The notes under the pieces are model-generated. The model made no database searches. It was given only the letters and a program-made list of their open reading frames with translations, and was not told the DNA's origin. This document shows, one piece after another, positions 35,874 through 46,933 of a stretch of DNA of 64,000 bases. Positions within the stretch are counted from its first letter, which is position 1. Each line of letters begins with the position of its first letter. Source of the DNA: Pseudogymnoascus verrucosus (lineage: Eukaryota); the NCBI GenBank assembly GCA_001662655.1, contig KV460209.1. The stretch is one strand, 5' to 3'. Made by a program: the position numbers and the translations under genes.

Positions 35874-38800
35874 ATGCTCGGCAAGCTCTTCTCGAACGCC
35901 GCCTCGAGCCTCACCCCCTCGCGCGGCTCCCCCTCCCCCTCCCGCCCAACCTCCTCCCTCGACTCCGTCCAAGAGGACATCCACACACGCAACCTGATCT
36001 TCCCCGACGCCGAAGCCCTCTACGCACACCAACACGATCAAGTCTTCCCCATGACCTCCTCCACCGTCAGCATGCTCACCGCCGCCCCGGGGTCCTTCGA
36101 CACGAACCCCGAGATCGAGCTCGAGGCGCGAGATGTCAGGGTAGTGGTCATGCAGGAGGCGACATCGACGTTTAATTCCGCCGCGCTGATGTACGACAGC
36201 CACCCTCACCTCGACGCGGCCGCCTGCCCCGTGCTGAATACCAGCTTCGCGACGTCCGGGCGCGGCGGGCGCGGCGCGGGCGCGGGGGGGGCAAATACGA
36301 CCGCCACCGCGCGGCGCACGAGCATCGGCGCCAAGCCCGTGGTGATTACACAAGAAGCGCCCCGCTTTGGGGCCTTTGACCGGCGCCCGAGCGCGCATTC
36401 ACGGCAGGGGAGTTATGTGGAGACGGAGGGACAGAGGACGAGTAGAGAGTATAGGGAGGAGATCGCGACGATTGCGAATTGTATGTTTGGCGCCAGCGAC
36501 GTCATGGCGCATAAGGGCACGGGGAGTAAAGTGCACATCCTCCCCACCGAGCCGCGGGGCGCGCAGTACCCGTTTGAAGGCGGTCATGGGTCGCTCGGCC
36601 GGTCGAGTATGAGGAGTGGGAGTCGGCTGGCGCAGAGTTTTACGTCGGAGAGTTTGGGGAGGGGAGAGGGGAATGCGGGGGGGGGGAGGAAGAGGGTCCT
36701 TGTTACGAGGATCTTTCCAGTGCCGTTGTTGGGGGATGGAGAGGAGGAGACGCCGGGGGGGTTTGAGGGGCAGGGGGGGTTTCCGTTTCCGAAGGCGGGG
36801 GAGGGGGGGGAGAGGGAGAAGGAGAGGAAACCGAAGCAGAAGAGGACGCCGATGTATGCGATTGGGTTGGTTATTCAGCTGCCTGCGACGCAGAATTCAC
36901 CGTCTACACCGAGATCAGCGTATCGTGGTGTCGGGTCATATGCAGAGAACGAGTCGGTCTCCTCGTCATTCAACTCGCTGCGGCCGAGCTGGACGGTGCT
37001 AGGATCAGGATTCGGCGTCGAATCCCTGGACTCATCATTCATCAGCGACGTAGACGACCGCATCGACATGGTCACCCAACATTGGGACATCATAATCCGC
37101 ACCCTCGACCACCTCCAAGCCGTCGCCTCCTCCGACATCATCGCCCTCCTCAAACAAGTCGACGTCGCCTCCCCCGACCCCACCGCAGGCCGCGCCCCGC
37201 ACCACACCCGCACCGCCAGCATCTCCGTCTCCGGCAAGCGCGTGGAAGAGAACATCAACGTCAAGCCGCTGAAACCTATCCGCACAAACGTCAAGACCGT
37301 GCAGTTAATGCCTTATGCCTTGGCGCACAACCATAAGCTGCGCGCGGAGATTGAGTTCGCGCGTCATCGCATTGTGGGGGGGATTAAGAATCTGCAGGTT
37401 ATTACGAGGCAGGGAAGATGGGGGATTTGGAGGGACGAGGCCCGCTGGGTTAGGAGGTGGGCGGGGGGAAAGGAACAGGGTTTCTTTTTTTATAACCTCC
37501 TCACCGTCTTCCTGGGGACGCATACAGAGTGGCTCGAAGCCATCGGACCGACCTGGTACAGGAGACGGAATTACAAACAACAGCGCGGCGGCGGACGGGA
37601 TGAGGACATGCCTATCAAAGCACGCACCATCATCGTCGCGGCTGATAAGATGGCAGCGCGAAGACTTATATTTCTGTTATCGGCGTTTTTGCCGAATAAT
37701 CAACATCATCAGGTCCCCTTTGTGCGCCAACATCGCCCCGGGACTTCGGTGTCGGGGGGGGCGTTCTCGCAGTCCCCGCCGTCATATGTACCGCTTAATC
37801 CGAGGGAAGAGTCGTTGAGGAGACGGGTTAATAGACCGAAAATCAAACCCTCCACCGCCAATTCAGCACAACAAGCGCCTATCGTCGTAGCGAACCAAAC
37901 TACAGAACAACCACATCACACACACCAACGACGACCCTCTGATGCGCCATCTTTACCACCTGGCGCCCTACCCGTCCCAGCAGCTTACAACCCATCCCGC
38001 CAACCTGGCCTCGCTACAACATCCACCGCTAACCCCATCCCGGCCTTACCGCATTTCTCAACCCGTCGCCCCGTGCGCGGCACCGGTCCCGCGCCTCGAC
38101 CGGGGAGTAGCGGTAGTCTCGCAGCAGACGATCTGATTCGGAGTTTAAAGCGGGGGGATACGGGGGAGGAGAGCTCGTCGCGGTGGAGTGGGGTGTTAGG
38201 CAGTTTATGGGGAGGGAAGAGAAGAGGGAGTACTGATGTCAGTGCCCCGCAGCCTAGCCAGGGAGCTGGGGGAGAGGAGAGGGGGAAGTTGGCGGAGATG
38301 ATGCATGCGCAGCGTCGCGAGGAGAGGAGGGGCGGGACGGACAGAGACGGGGGGGTGAGGGAGACGACGAGTACCACATCCCCGCAACCCGTCGCACCGC
38401 CACCGCCCTCCTCGGCGGGGGCGACGCAACCCATCCACCCTAGCGGCGCCTACGAATCCCCCGTCAAAACCTCAATCACAGAAGACGGCGTAATCGACAT
38501 CGACGTCCCCCTCCCCTCTCTCTTCCCCTCCTTCCCTCCGCCGCACTCCGCCTTGTCCTCCCCCTGCTCTAGTGGGATTTTCTCTTCGAGTGCGGGGATG
38601 GGGGTAGGGGGGGAGTTGGAGGGATTTGAGAATTTCACTGGCGGGGGGGGAGGGGATGATGAGGGCGCGCTTAATGTGGGGGGGTGGGTAGGGAGGTTTC
38701 ATCCTGATTTCGTACTGCAGGCTCTTCCGGTTTCCACTGTGGAAGCTGCGCCGGCTGCTACTTCGAATTCTAACCCGAAATCACCGACGCAGCCGGCACC

Positions 38801-39686
38801 GCCGCAGCCGTCGCTGGAGGATCAGATTCGTGCGACTATGGCGGCCGAACCTACGCCGCCGGTTCCGGTATCAGCTACGCGCAATGGGGAGGAGGAGAGG
38901 TGGATTACTATCTCCACTGCCCTTATCGCTGATACAGTGGCGTTCACGCTCAAACGCCTCATCCTCCGCCGTCTCATCCGGCTTCCCACCTCTCCACCAG
39001 CATCAGCAGGTGAATCAGCAGGGAACTCGTATGACGGCCGCGCAAGCATCTACGGAAACCCATACCCCGGCGTCCTCGGGAGCACAAGCCCTGCAGAAGG
39101 TGGTGGGGGTGGTGAAGTAATCAAAGAAGAGTGGGAGGTGGAGATGTGCATCTCCTTCGATACTGCACTTATCGAGGCGGTGGAGAGGGTCATGGCTTCA
39201 CCTGCTGGGATGGCGGGTGCGCAGATTGCAGCTGGGGGAGTGATGGGGGTGCAGAAACAGAGATCTGCTAGGGCTAGTAAGAATCCCAGCGCTGGCAGCT
39301 CAGCAGGTAGTTCGAGGAGTGGGAGTCGAATCCGCGTTGTTGTGCCTGCGCCTTTGCCGTCACCCGCACCTGTTCTGGTTAGCGGTGCTGGTCCTAATTC
39401 CTCTTCCGCCCCCCCTGGTTCCTCCGGTGCTACTGGCAACGGAAACGGAGCAGTAGGGGAGAGGAGAGGGGAAACTGGGACAGCTGGGGAAGTGAAGGAA
39501 GAAGAAGTTCCACGCGCGGAGGTGAGGACGGTATTGTTATCGGCGCTGGAGGGGATCGCGAATGAAGTCGCGGAGGCGAGATCTAGTGTGCCTGAGGGAG
39601 CGTTGGTGGGGGGGGAAGGGGATAGTTTTTTGAGAGAGGGGGTGGGGAGGTGGTTGGAGGGGGTTGATGAGGGGGTTCTTGGGTGA
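35874..39686 (+). CDS. Folliculin-interacting protein (FNIP/Lst4-like)
   Basis: Starts MLGKLF; motifs DVRVVVMQE, CMFG, KVHILP, VLVTRIFPV, WRDEARW, FFFYNLLT, RTIIVAADKMAARRLIFLLSAFLP and VGGWVGRFHPDFVLQA recalled from fungal FNIP proteins. Confidence 0.75.
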   Translation: MLGKLFSNAASSLTPSRGSPSPSRPTSSLDSVQEDIHTRNLIFPDAEALYAHQHDQVFPMTSSTVSMLTAAPGSFDTNPEIELEARDVRVVVMQEATSTFNSAALMYDSHPHLDAAACPVLNTSFATSGRGGRGAGAGGANTTATARRTSIGAKPVVITQEAPRFGAFDRRPSAHSRQGSYVETEGQRTSREYREEIATIANCMFGASDVMAHKGTGSKVHILPTEPRGAQYPFEGGHGSLGRSSMRSGSRLAQSFTSESLGRGEGNAGGGRKRVLVTRIFPVPLLGDGEEETPGGFEGQGGFPFPKAGEGGEREKERKPKQKRTPMYAIGLVIQLPATQNSPSTPRSAYRGVGSYAENESVSSSFNSLRPSWTVLGSGFGVESLDSSFISDVDDRIDMVTQHWDIIIRTLDHLQAVASSDIIALLKQVDVASPDPTAGRAPHHTRTASISVSGKRVEENINVKPLKPIRTNVKTVQLMPYALAHNHKLRAEIEFARHRIVGGIKNLQVITRQGRWGIWRDEARWVRRWAGGKEQGFFFYNLLTVFLGTHTEWLEAIGPTWYRRRNYKQQRGGGRDEDMPIKARTIIVAADKMAARRLIFLLSAFLPNNQHHQVPFVRQHRPGTSVSGGAFSQSPPSYVPLNPREESLRRRVNRPKIKPSTANSAQQAPIVVANQTTEQPHHTHQRRPSDAPSLPPGALPVPAAYNPSRQPGLATTSTANPIPALPHFSTRRPVRGTGPAPRPGSSGSLAADDLIRSLKRGDTGEESSSRWSGVLGSLWGGKRRGSTDVSAPQPSQGAGGEERGKLAEMMHAQRREERRGGTDRDGGVRETTSTTSPQPVAPPPPSSAGATQPIHPSGAYESPVKTSITEDGVIDIDVPLPSLFPSFPPPHSALSSPCSSGIFSSSAGMGVGGELEGFENFTGGGGGDDEGALNVGGWVGRFHPDFVLQALPVSTVEAAPAATSNSNPKSPTQPAPPQPSLEDQIRATMAAEPTPPVPVSATRNGEEERWITISTALIADTVAFTLKRLILRRLIRLPTSPPASAGESAGNSYDGRASIYGNPYPGVLGSTSPAEGGGGGEVIKEEWEVEMCISFDTALIEAVERVMASPAGMAGAQIAAGGVMGVQKQRSARASKNPSAGSSAGSSRSGSRIRVVVPAPLPSPAPVLVSGAGPNSSSAPPGSSGATGNGNGAVGERRGETGTAGEVKEEEVPRAEVRTVLLSALEGIANEVAEARSSVPEGALVGGEGDSFLREGVGRWLEGVDEGVLG

Positions 39687-41594
39687 GGATGGTATACTGA
39701 GGGCGATCAATGGAGTTTGGAGGGGATGGGAGATGAGAGGGGGGCGTGAGAATTTTTGGGAGCGGTTTTAGCGGATTGAATTTTTTTTAAGGGGTGGTGC
39801 GGGAGTGTGGAGTGTGGAGTGTGAGGGGGGGCATATTTGCTGACTTTTATGGGGTTGAAGGGTTGAGAAGATGCTTGCTTGGCTGGCTTGTGCTGGGGTT
39901 TTTATTTGATTTTAAGGCCGGAGGGGGGCGTTTTAAGGGGGTGTGGGGGGCTAATGGGGGGTGAGAAGGGATGTGGGCATGGGGTGGGCATGGGAATAGA
40001 GAAGATCTTGTATTGTACATAGATTCTGGGGGAGATACGACAGGCAATATGAAGAGAGTTAGAAGCTATATCTGGTCTACGATTATTGCTGCCCATGACT
40101 TGTAACGAAAGCCAACCAGACCAAGAAATAACGAGATGGCCGTCAACCATCGGGCTTGAATGGTCGTCGGACGAAAATACTATATAATCCAACACGATCC
40201 AGGACCTTCTTCCTTCTTCATCACAACAGGTACAGGAGGAACCGGGCTCAACATCTCATGTGCGCTCGTTGGTATTGCTGCGAAGGGGAGGGGTGTGGGT
40301 GGGCGCTGCGTGGGCTGGGAGGTGGATGGGGTGGTTCTCGTCATGGCTTGTGGTGGTGGTGGTGGGAGGGTGGAACGGTGACAGGTGGAGAAGTGACAAG
40401 ATGAGCGGTGATAGAGAGTGAACAATGACAGAGAGTGAGAGGCGACAGCATACCCCCACCAACAGCACCCCCCTCCAACACAACCCCTACACACCTAGAC
40501 GCCATACACTACCCTGTCACCATGACGGGGAAAAAAAAGAACCGACCAGTCTACATCTCGGGGAGGACTGTTGTTTGTCAGATCGTTGCCTTTCGTTATG
40601 GAGAGTGGGGGTTTATACTTTTTTTAATGGTGCGTGGATGGCTTGTGCGGTGGTTGGGGTGTTGGTGGTGGGATGTTTGGCTTGAGATGGCGGATGTGGG
40701 GGAGGGAGGGGATGGGAGGTTGAGGAGCTGGGTGTGAGGGGAGGGAGGGGATGGGAAAGGGATGATGGGTGGCGTTCGGAGGAATGGATTACTGAAGCGG
40801 TTGGAGGGTGGACGAAGGACACGGCATGTAGGCACCTGGGAAGGGAGTGGGACGGGAGGCCATTTTCAGGGGGTTCTGTTGCAAGACTAACGGGTTGAAG
40901 TGGTAAATTTGGTGAGCTGACAAAAAACACACTATAATGATAAACTGCGCGTGTGAATAACTAGATGTGATATGATAAATAGCACTATACCAAGCTAACT
41001 TGAGATGGGAGATTTTCATCGGCAACTCAACTAATGCAAGTTTGCGACCATCTTGTCCCCGAGCATCAATTCTGTTGTTACACAGAGCAGAGCCAGACTT
41101 GTTGTCTAGCGTTTTGGTTGGAAACAGTTTCCGACATCGGATAGCCTTGGCGCATATCTTTGGCAGGTTCGTCGTCTCTGTTAAATATACTGTCCAGTGT
41201 CTCTTCTGGCCACTGACTAATCGTGACGAGCGGTACGTCCTACCTGCACACTTTATGTCGTCGTACTCGGGAAAGGTTCCCGGGTTATGTTATGTGGTCC
41301 TCGGCCACGTTGAACACTTGGGTTGCCGGAGATTGAGTTCACATCAGGCGATGATAAAGAGCTTGTACCAGTGCCACTTCTAATGGCCTCGCGGATGTGC
41401 GTGACGATTTCTGTATAGTCTTAGGCTGGCGATTGGTGTGGTCTTCATCGACTCCATCCTGGGTGTTGTTCCCCTCGGTCGCAATCAGATGGTGGAGACG
41501 AGGGCGGAGTGTTAGGAGATTTTGAGAGATTCCTGCCACCGATGAAACACTACCTCTGATGTGCTGGATGTCTACCATTGTAGAATATATCCGT

Positions 41595-42085
41595 TTAACA
41601 CAGCTGACTCCCGCTGATGGGATCTTTGAACTCGATTAGATACCCCTGACAACTCATCGTAGTCATTGTGAGACGAGGAGGTCCACTGCAAAGCCAAGAA
41701 TGTGTTCGGCCTCCTTGGAGAACTTGTAGGTCTTCCGTTGGAGATACCCCTCGACGGATGCCATGGCAAGGACCCTGCAGACTGTGTGGCTGCGAGGAAG
41801 CTTCGAGGCGGCGAGAATATGTTCCGGTGTGATGTGCAACGTGTTGCTATCCGCGTTGCGCGGCCTACTCCATGAGCTTGTAACAGCTTGAGGATGTAAG
41901 GGATGGTTTGTGATTTCAATCCCGTGATTTCCCATAATGACTGAGTTTGAGTGCCTTAGTCGTGGGTTCTTTCGTCGTTGCTTATTTGATGACAACGTGC
42001 CCGACGCAAAGCCACTATATGGGGGTTTCGAAAGCTCGAATGCAGACGACTCCATCGATAAGTTCCAATACTTCAACGTCGTTTA
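41595..42085 (-). pseudogene. Degenerate tandem copy of the adjacent BTB-domain gene
   Basis: Fragments LELIDGVVCIRAFE, NTLHITPEHILAASKLP..H.V..VLAMASVEGYLQRKTYKFS and IEFKDPIS lie in different frames with stops, collinear with 42349-43056. Confidence 0.8.
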
Positions 42086-42348
42086 TAATAACTTGCCATA
42101 TATTTTGTCCTAAACGTTTGGTTGCAGTCGAATTCAATGTGCTTGGTTGAGCTGTGATAGATGCGGATGTGTTCGTCCTTGCGCCCCTACTTTTCTCCTC
42201 CGAGCATTTAGGTCTGAGGACCTCATGGACCACCAGGAAAGCAAGGCGTTGCTGTCAAAGTACAACAGCCGTAAAAAAAGAAAGAAATCGCAATGTACCA
42301 ATACAGAAAGCAATATATGGCCCGCTGTGGAAAGCAGTAGCAATAGTA

Positions 42349-43207
42349 TCACCGCCAACCTTGATTTTCTGGACCGTCCAGCGGCAACGACCCATAAAGC
42401 ACAAATCTCTCTTCACTCATTGGGTCCTTGAATTCAATTGTGTGCCCGCCCATGGTGAGAGTCAGTAGCGTTTCCTTAACCGCTAGGAGTAAATCAGCAG
42501 CAAACTCAGGGATATCGTAACATTCCTCTGAAAACCTGTGACTTTTCCGCTGTATGTACCCTTCTACTGAGGCCGCGGCCAGAATATCTCGGACAGCGTG
42601 GCCATGGGGAAGCTGTGACGCAGAAATGATATGTTCTGAGGTGATATTTTGAGTATTCGTTTCAAGTTCCCCTGCAGAATAAGACCATGAATCTTTGACC
42701 CGGCCGTCTCGAATTACAACTCTGAGGCGCTCGGCGACCTGGTCCTCTGTTCCCATGACTCCGCACATGTCTGCAAGGCGACTAAACTCAATTCCCACGC
42801 TGATTGATTCCCCACGAGTTGCTTCTTTGATTGTGACTTGACCGGTGAATAGCCACTGTATTAGGATTTCAAACGCACGAACCGTTACAATACCGTCAAT
42901 CAGTTCCAACGTTGTAGTCTGCTCGATGCCTTCGTTGAAACCTCTTTCGAACATCGCCGCAAAATATGGACTTCGTAGGGACAAAATGGCCTTCGGGAGG
43001 ATAAACTTGTTGTCAGCAGAGCCAATATAGATAGTGACAGGTGCCCCAGAGTACAAGGGGAGGATTCTAACGCATATTTTAGTATAGTATTATTGTATAA
43101 GTTGTAGCTACTCACGTTTTGGCAAATTCCGAGGATTGCATTTCAGTAATACTCTCTTGAACATGTTTATTAGGCATGTCTACAGCTGGAAGATCATGCG
43201 CTGACAT
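42349..43207 (-). CDS. BTB/POZ domain protein
   Basis: VTIYIGSADNKFILPKAILSLRSPYFAAMFERGFNEG...AFEILIQWLFTG; short first exon with a GTGAGT donor at about 43114. Confidence 0.85.
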
Positions 43208-44347
43208 AGCTGGTGATAGTATATTTGAAATTGTTGCCAGTGATGTTGTCATATCAGGAATTATGTAGTCCGAAATATGTTGTCGATATTGTCATGTGTG
43301 TTGTCGTCTGATGCTTACGAGTAATGAGCTTTTATGGCAAGAGAAGGTTCTAGAACGCACCCCTATTGAAAAATATGAAGAAATCTAGGACCCAAAAGCA
43401 AGGCTGAGGCTACCATGTTCTCTATATTGAATAGGAAGTACTTTATGAGGCATTGTATTATTATATAGCTGTCTGCGGATCATCGAGACGGAAACAAATC
43501 ATTTATAATCGTTCGATACCCCACGAAAAGCAAAAACATGATAAAATACTTGTTAAAAATTGTATAAATCTCCAATACAGCCCCTTCTATACGTACCAAA
43601 GAAACAATAATTATATATCAAACATACATGTAAAGAATAAGTTGAAGAATGAAAGAAAGTGGGAAATGAGGGACTATATTGCATAATGGCGAGGAAGCGA
43701 AGAAACAAAGGAAATCATCACCTCCGAATACTTGCCCGATATTTTCATCGGTCTAGGTTCATCTATATCTAATTTATTATACAGCGGTACTCACAGAGTT
43801 TGCTCCCAAGCGACAGCTTGCTCTCTTGAGCAGTTTGATATCACATGAGATACCATGATGCAAACTCGCTTGCGTTTCTTAACTCGACGGTCAACGTCAG
43901 CTCAACCCCGCCGAACAAACAACCCTTTCAATCAGTTTTCGGTCTACCGTACAAACAATTCCGGCAAGATCATCTGAATGCATACATACAATGGGCCACT
44001 GTTGTCGAAAGAGATTGCTTATTCAAGTCGCCGGATCGGGGCGCTGGTTGGCAGACAAAGAGATTGGCATTCCACAAGCCTCCCAGGCTTGCCGTTCGCG
44101 GCATGCGGGTTTTCTCGTAGGAATCAGTATTTCTTTATTCATCTTTTGAGTTAACTTTCGCTGCCGTCTATTATGTTTTCCACTCCTTGCTTTCCTCGTC
44201 CTTCCTCCATTTCACTTCTGGTTTTCATCTCTCATCTTCGCTGGCATCTCGCGTTATTTCGGATCAAAATCCCTCCTACAAACACGCGAATTATCCTGAT
44301 TGGAGTTTACAGTCCAATACTAGAATTGAAGATACGCTACCATCGAA

Positions 44348-46453
44348 ATGTCGGATCACGCAACACCTGCCCAAGACGAGCTCGGCGGAGCCGCAGCACC
44401 AGGTAGCCAACAGGTTGTTCAAGATCCCAACCCGGGCTCCTCTGGAACAAATGCCACTGATGATGCGGGCGCAAACACCCTTGCTGGACCTTCGGGAGCA
44501 GCAGCTGCGCAAACTGTAACATTAGCTGCCGCGGCAACAGGCACAGGAGCTACAGAAAGCACGGGTCCTTCGCAGACTACAGTGCCTGCCACAGCCACAG
44601 CAAACATGGGGCAATTGAAGATTACAGTCCCCGGCCCATCTACAGAAAGCACAGAACCTCCTGATATGACGCTGGCTGAATTAGCTGCAGCAGACCCGAA
44701 CACACTGTTGCCTTCTAATGCTGCCACAGCAAGGTTGGCAACGGGAGGGGGGCTGCCTCTCCCAGCAGCAAACCCGCTGACTAGAGAAACCACCGGAAAC
44801 AATAACTCCTCATCCTCCGGCCACATCAACTCCACAAAGCGACCCGCAACCACCGAAAATGGTGAAAGCACCAACTCTGCAAAGCGCCGGCGCCTCGCCC
44901 ACTACCGCGACACAGTCCCCCCGCCGGGCTATGGCAACGATCCCGCCGCCACCTCGTCCCCCTCCCATGGCCCTGTTGTTACTCAAACCCCTTTCGCACC
45001 GCCCTACCAATCCGTTTTCCTACGACAAAACCCAGACCTTGCCAGGGCCCTTGCCCATGTAAACTGCAGCTATCTCACCACCCACGACGCCGCCGACCCC
45101 AACGACCGTGACAGCCGCGCCAACACGGCTCCCACCCTCGCGGAACTCAAGGCGCACGCTCGCAGCCTCCTGCTCCTCATCCGCTCCATGAGCATCAGCT
45201 CGAGCGCGACACTCACAGACAACGCCGCCTTCCAAGACCCTACGCCTGAGGGTCAAGACAGCGCCTCGATCCCGTCAGACTTCTATTCCAACCTCGACGC
45301 CTTTGAATTCCTCAACGATCTCTCCTCTCCCTATCGCTGCAGAGACCCCGCCGAAAACGAACCCCTGACCAATCTCCTCAACCAACTCATCCCCGACCAC
45401 TCCCGCAAGATCCCCGCATCAACCGAAGCCTGCCCTCTTGCCACCGTAAAAGTCATTACCAAAGGTAGCGACCTATCTACCTTCCGCCCAGGCGTCAACC
45501 CACTGCCACACTCACAAATCAACCGCCTAATGGCCCACGCCGATGAGTTGCTTCTCCAGATTGACGCTGCGCTCTCCACATCCGGCGGCCTCCTCGCCGC
45601 CCTACCGCTCGACCTCCCAGCCTCCGATCCACGCCGCCAGACATACATCGGGCAGCTCATCCACTTCATGCGCACCCTTGTTGGCCGCCTCCATGTCCTC
45701 GACCGCGACTACGGACAAGCCCTCGGTCTCCTGGCAGGCGAGGCCACCATACCCGCTGAGCTAAAACTCAACATCGAACACCCCGGGCAGATCGAGGCAC
45801 CCCTCGTTGCTGTACAGCACAAGTTCATCATCAACACCGCCTCTGACACATACAATAAGATCTGGCTCCACTTGCGGAACTGCGCCAGTGACAAGGCAGT
45901 GAGGACGTCAGGGATGGGGTTGCTGGATGTGGAGATTACGACGAGGTATAGGGCGTTGAGGGGTGGGAAGACGATTTTTGTGACCCCTATCCCTGATGAA
46001 CCGATGGCGAGCGAGGTGGTTGGGCGCCCGACGGTGGTTGCGTGTACTCAGCCTGGATTTGGGACGCGGACGAGCGAGTGGGAACGTAAGAAGGGGGCGG
46101 CGCTGAGGGAGACAGGGGAGTTGAGGGCTAGGGCGGAGATGGCGGAGGCGGAGGTGGAGAGGTTGAGGAAGGATGTTGAAGCGTTGGTCCCGGAGGGGGT
46201 GTGGGCGAATGGGGAAAAGGAGGACGTTCTGAAGATGTGGGGGAAGGTGAAGGCAGAGAAGGATGCAATGGCGGGGGAGAGAAAGCAGATGGAGTTGTTT
46301 AAGTCAAGATGTAAGGTTTTGGAGAAGAAGAATTCGGAGTTTGGAATGGAGTTGGTGAAGGAGAAGGAGAAGATGAAGAAGAGGAGGGAAGGGGTGGAGG
46401 AGGGACTGAGAGCGGAGCTTCATAAGTTGATGAACCAAGCCGGCGCGAAATGA
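44348..46453 (+). CDS. Uncharacterised protein (disordered N-terminus, NLS-like KRRR, C-terminal coiled coil)
   Basis: 701-aa intronless ORF with a helical core (TLAELKAHARSL, HADELLLQID, LGLLAGEA) and E/K-rich heptads. Confidence 0.75.
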   Translation: MSDHATPAQDELGGAAAPGSQQVVQDPNPGSSGTNATDDAGANTLAGPSGAAAAQTVTLAAAATGTGATESTGPSQTTVPATATANMGQLKITVPGPSTESTEPPDMTLAELAAADPNTLLPSNAATARLATGGGLPLPAANPLTRETTGNNNSSSSGHINSTKRPATTENGESTNSAKRRRLAHYRDTVPPPGYGNDPAATSSPSHGPVVTQTPFAPPYQSVFLRQNPDLARALAHVNCSYLTTHDAADPNDRDSRANTAPTLAELKAHARSLLLLIRSMSISSSATLTDNAAFQDPTPEGQDSASIPSDFYSNLDAFEFLNDLSSPYRCRDPAENEPLTNLLNQLIPDHSRKIPASTEACPLATVKVITKGSDLSTFRPGVNPLPHSQINRLMAHADELLLQIDAALSTSGGLLAALPLDLPASDPRRQTYIGQLIHFMRTLVGRLHVLDRDYGQALGLLAGEATIPAELKLNIEHPGQIEAPLVAVQHKFIINTASDTYNKIWLHLRNCASDKAVRTSGMGLLDVEITTRYRALRGGKTIFVTPIPDEPMASEVVGRPTVVACTQPGFGTRTSEWERKKGAALRETGELRARAEMAEAEVERLRKDVEALVPEGVWANGEKEDVLKMWGKVKAEKDAMAGERKQMELFKSRCKVLEKKNSEFGMELVKEKEKMKKRREGVEEGLRAELHKLMNQAGAK

Positions 46454-46933
46454 CGCGGAGGTTGAGAGGCTGAAGAGACAGGTCGTTGATCTGCAGGCTC
46501 AGTTGGCCCAGGCGAAACGTGAAGGCGGTGGCCCCGAAAAATAACTGGCGTTCTCGAAGGCTGAGGTGTCAAAGTTGCAGAGAGAGGTTAAGGAGTTGAA
46601 GGCGCAGGTGCAGGTGCAGGGTGGAGAGAAAGGGGGTGAAGAGGAGGAAGGTGAAGAGGATGACGGTGGAGAGGAGGGCGATGAGGAAGAGGAGGGGGGT
46701 GAGCGAGGAGATGGGTGGCGAGGTTGAGTAGAGGTTGAATAGCGGTTGGTTATGGGATATACAAAGGGAGAGAGATGGTTTGTTTATGTTTTGAGTGGTA
46801 ATTGTGCTTTTGGGTATTACTACTAGTGTTTTTGCAGTTGTATTTCTTCTCCGGATTGATATGGTAGAAAGTAAGGGCCGTAGTCTCAGTATATCTCTTA
46901 TTCATCAACCTAGTCTGTCTTGTCTGTTCTCTC

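Noticed and set aside
39700..41580. Numerous 60-130 aa ORFs
   Set aside because: Low-complexity purine/pyrimidine tracts with no domain signatures.
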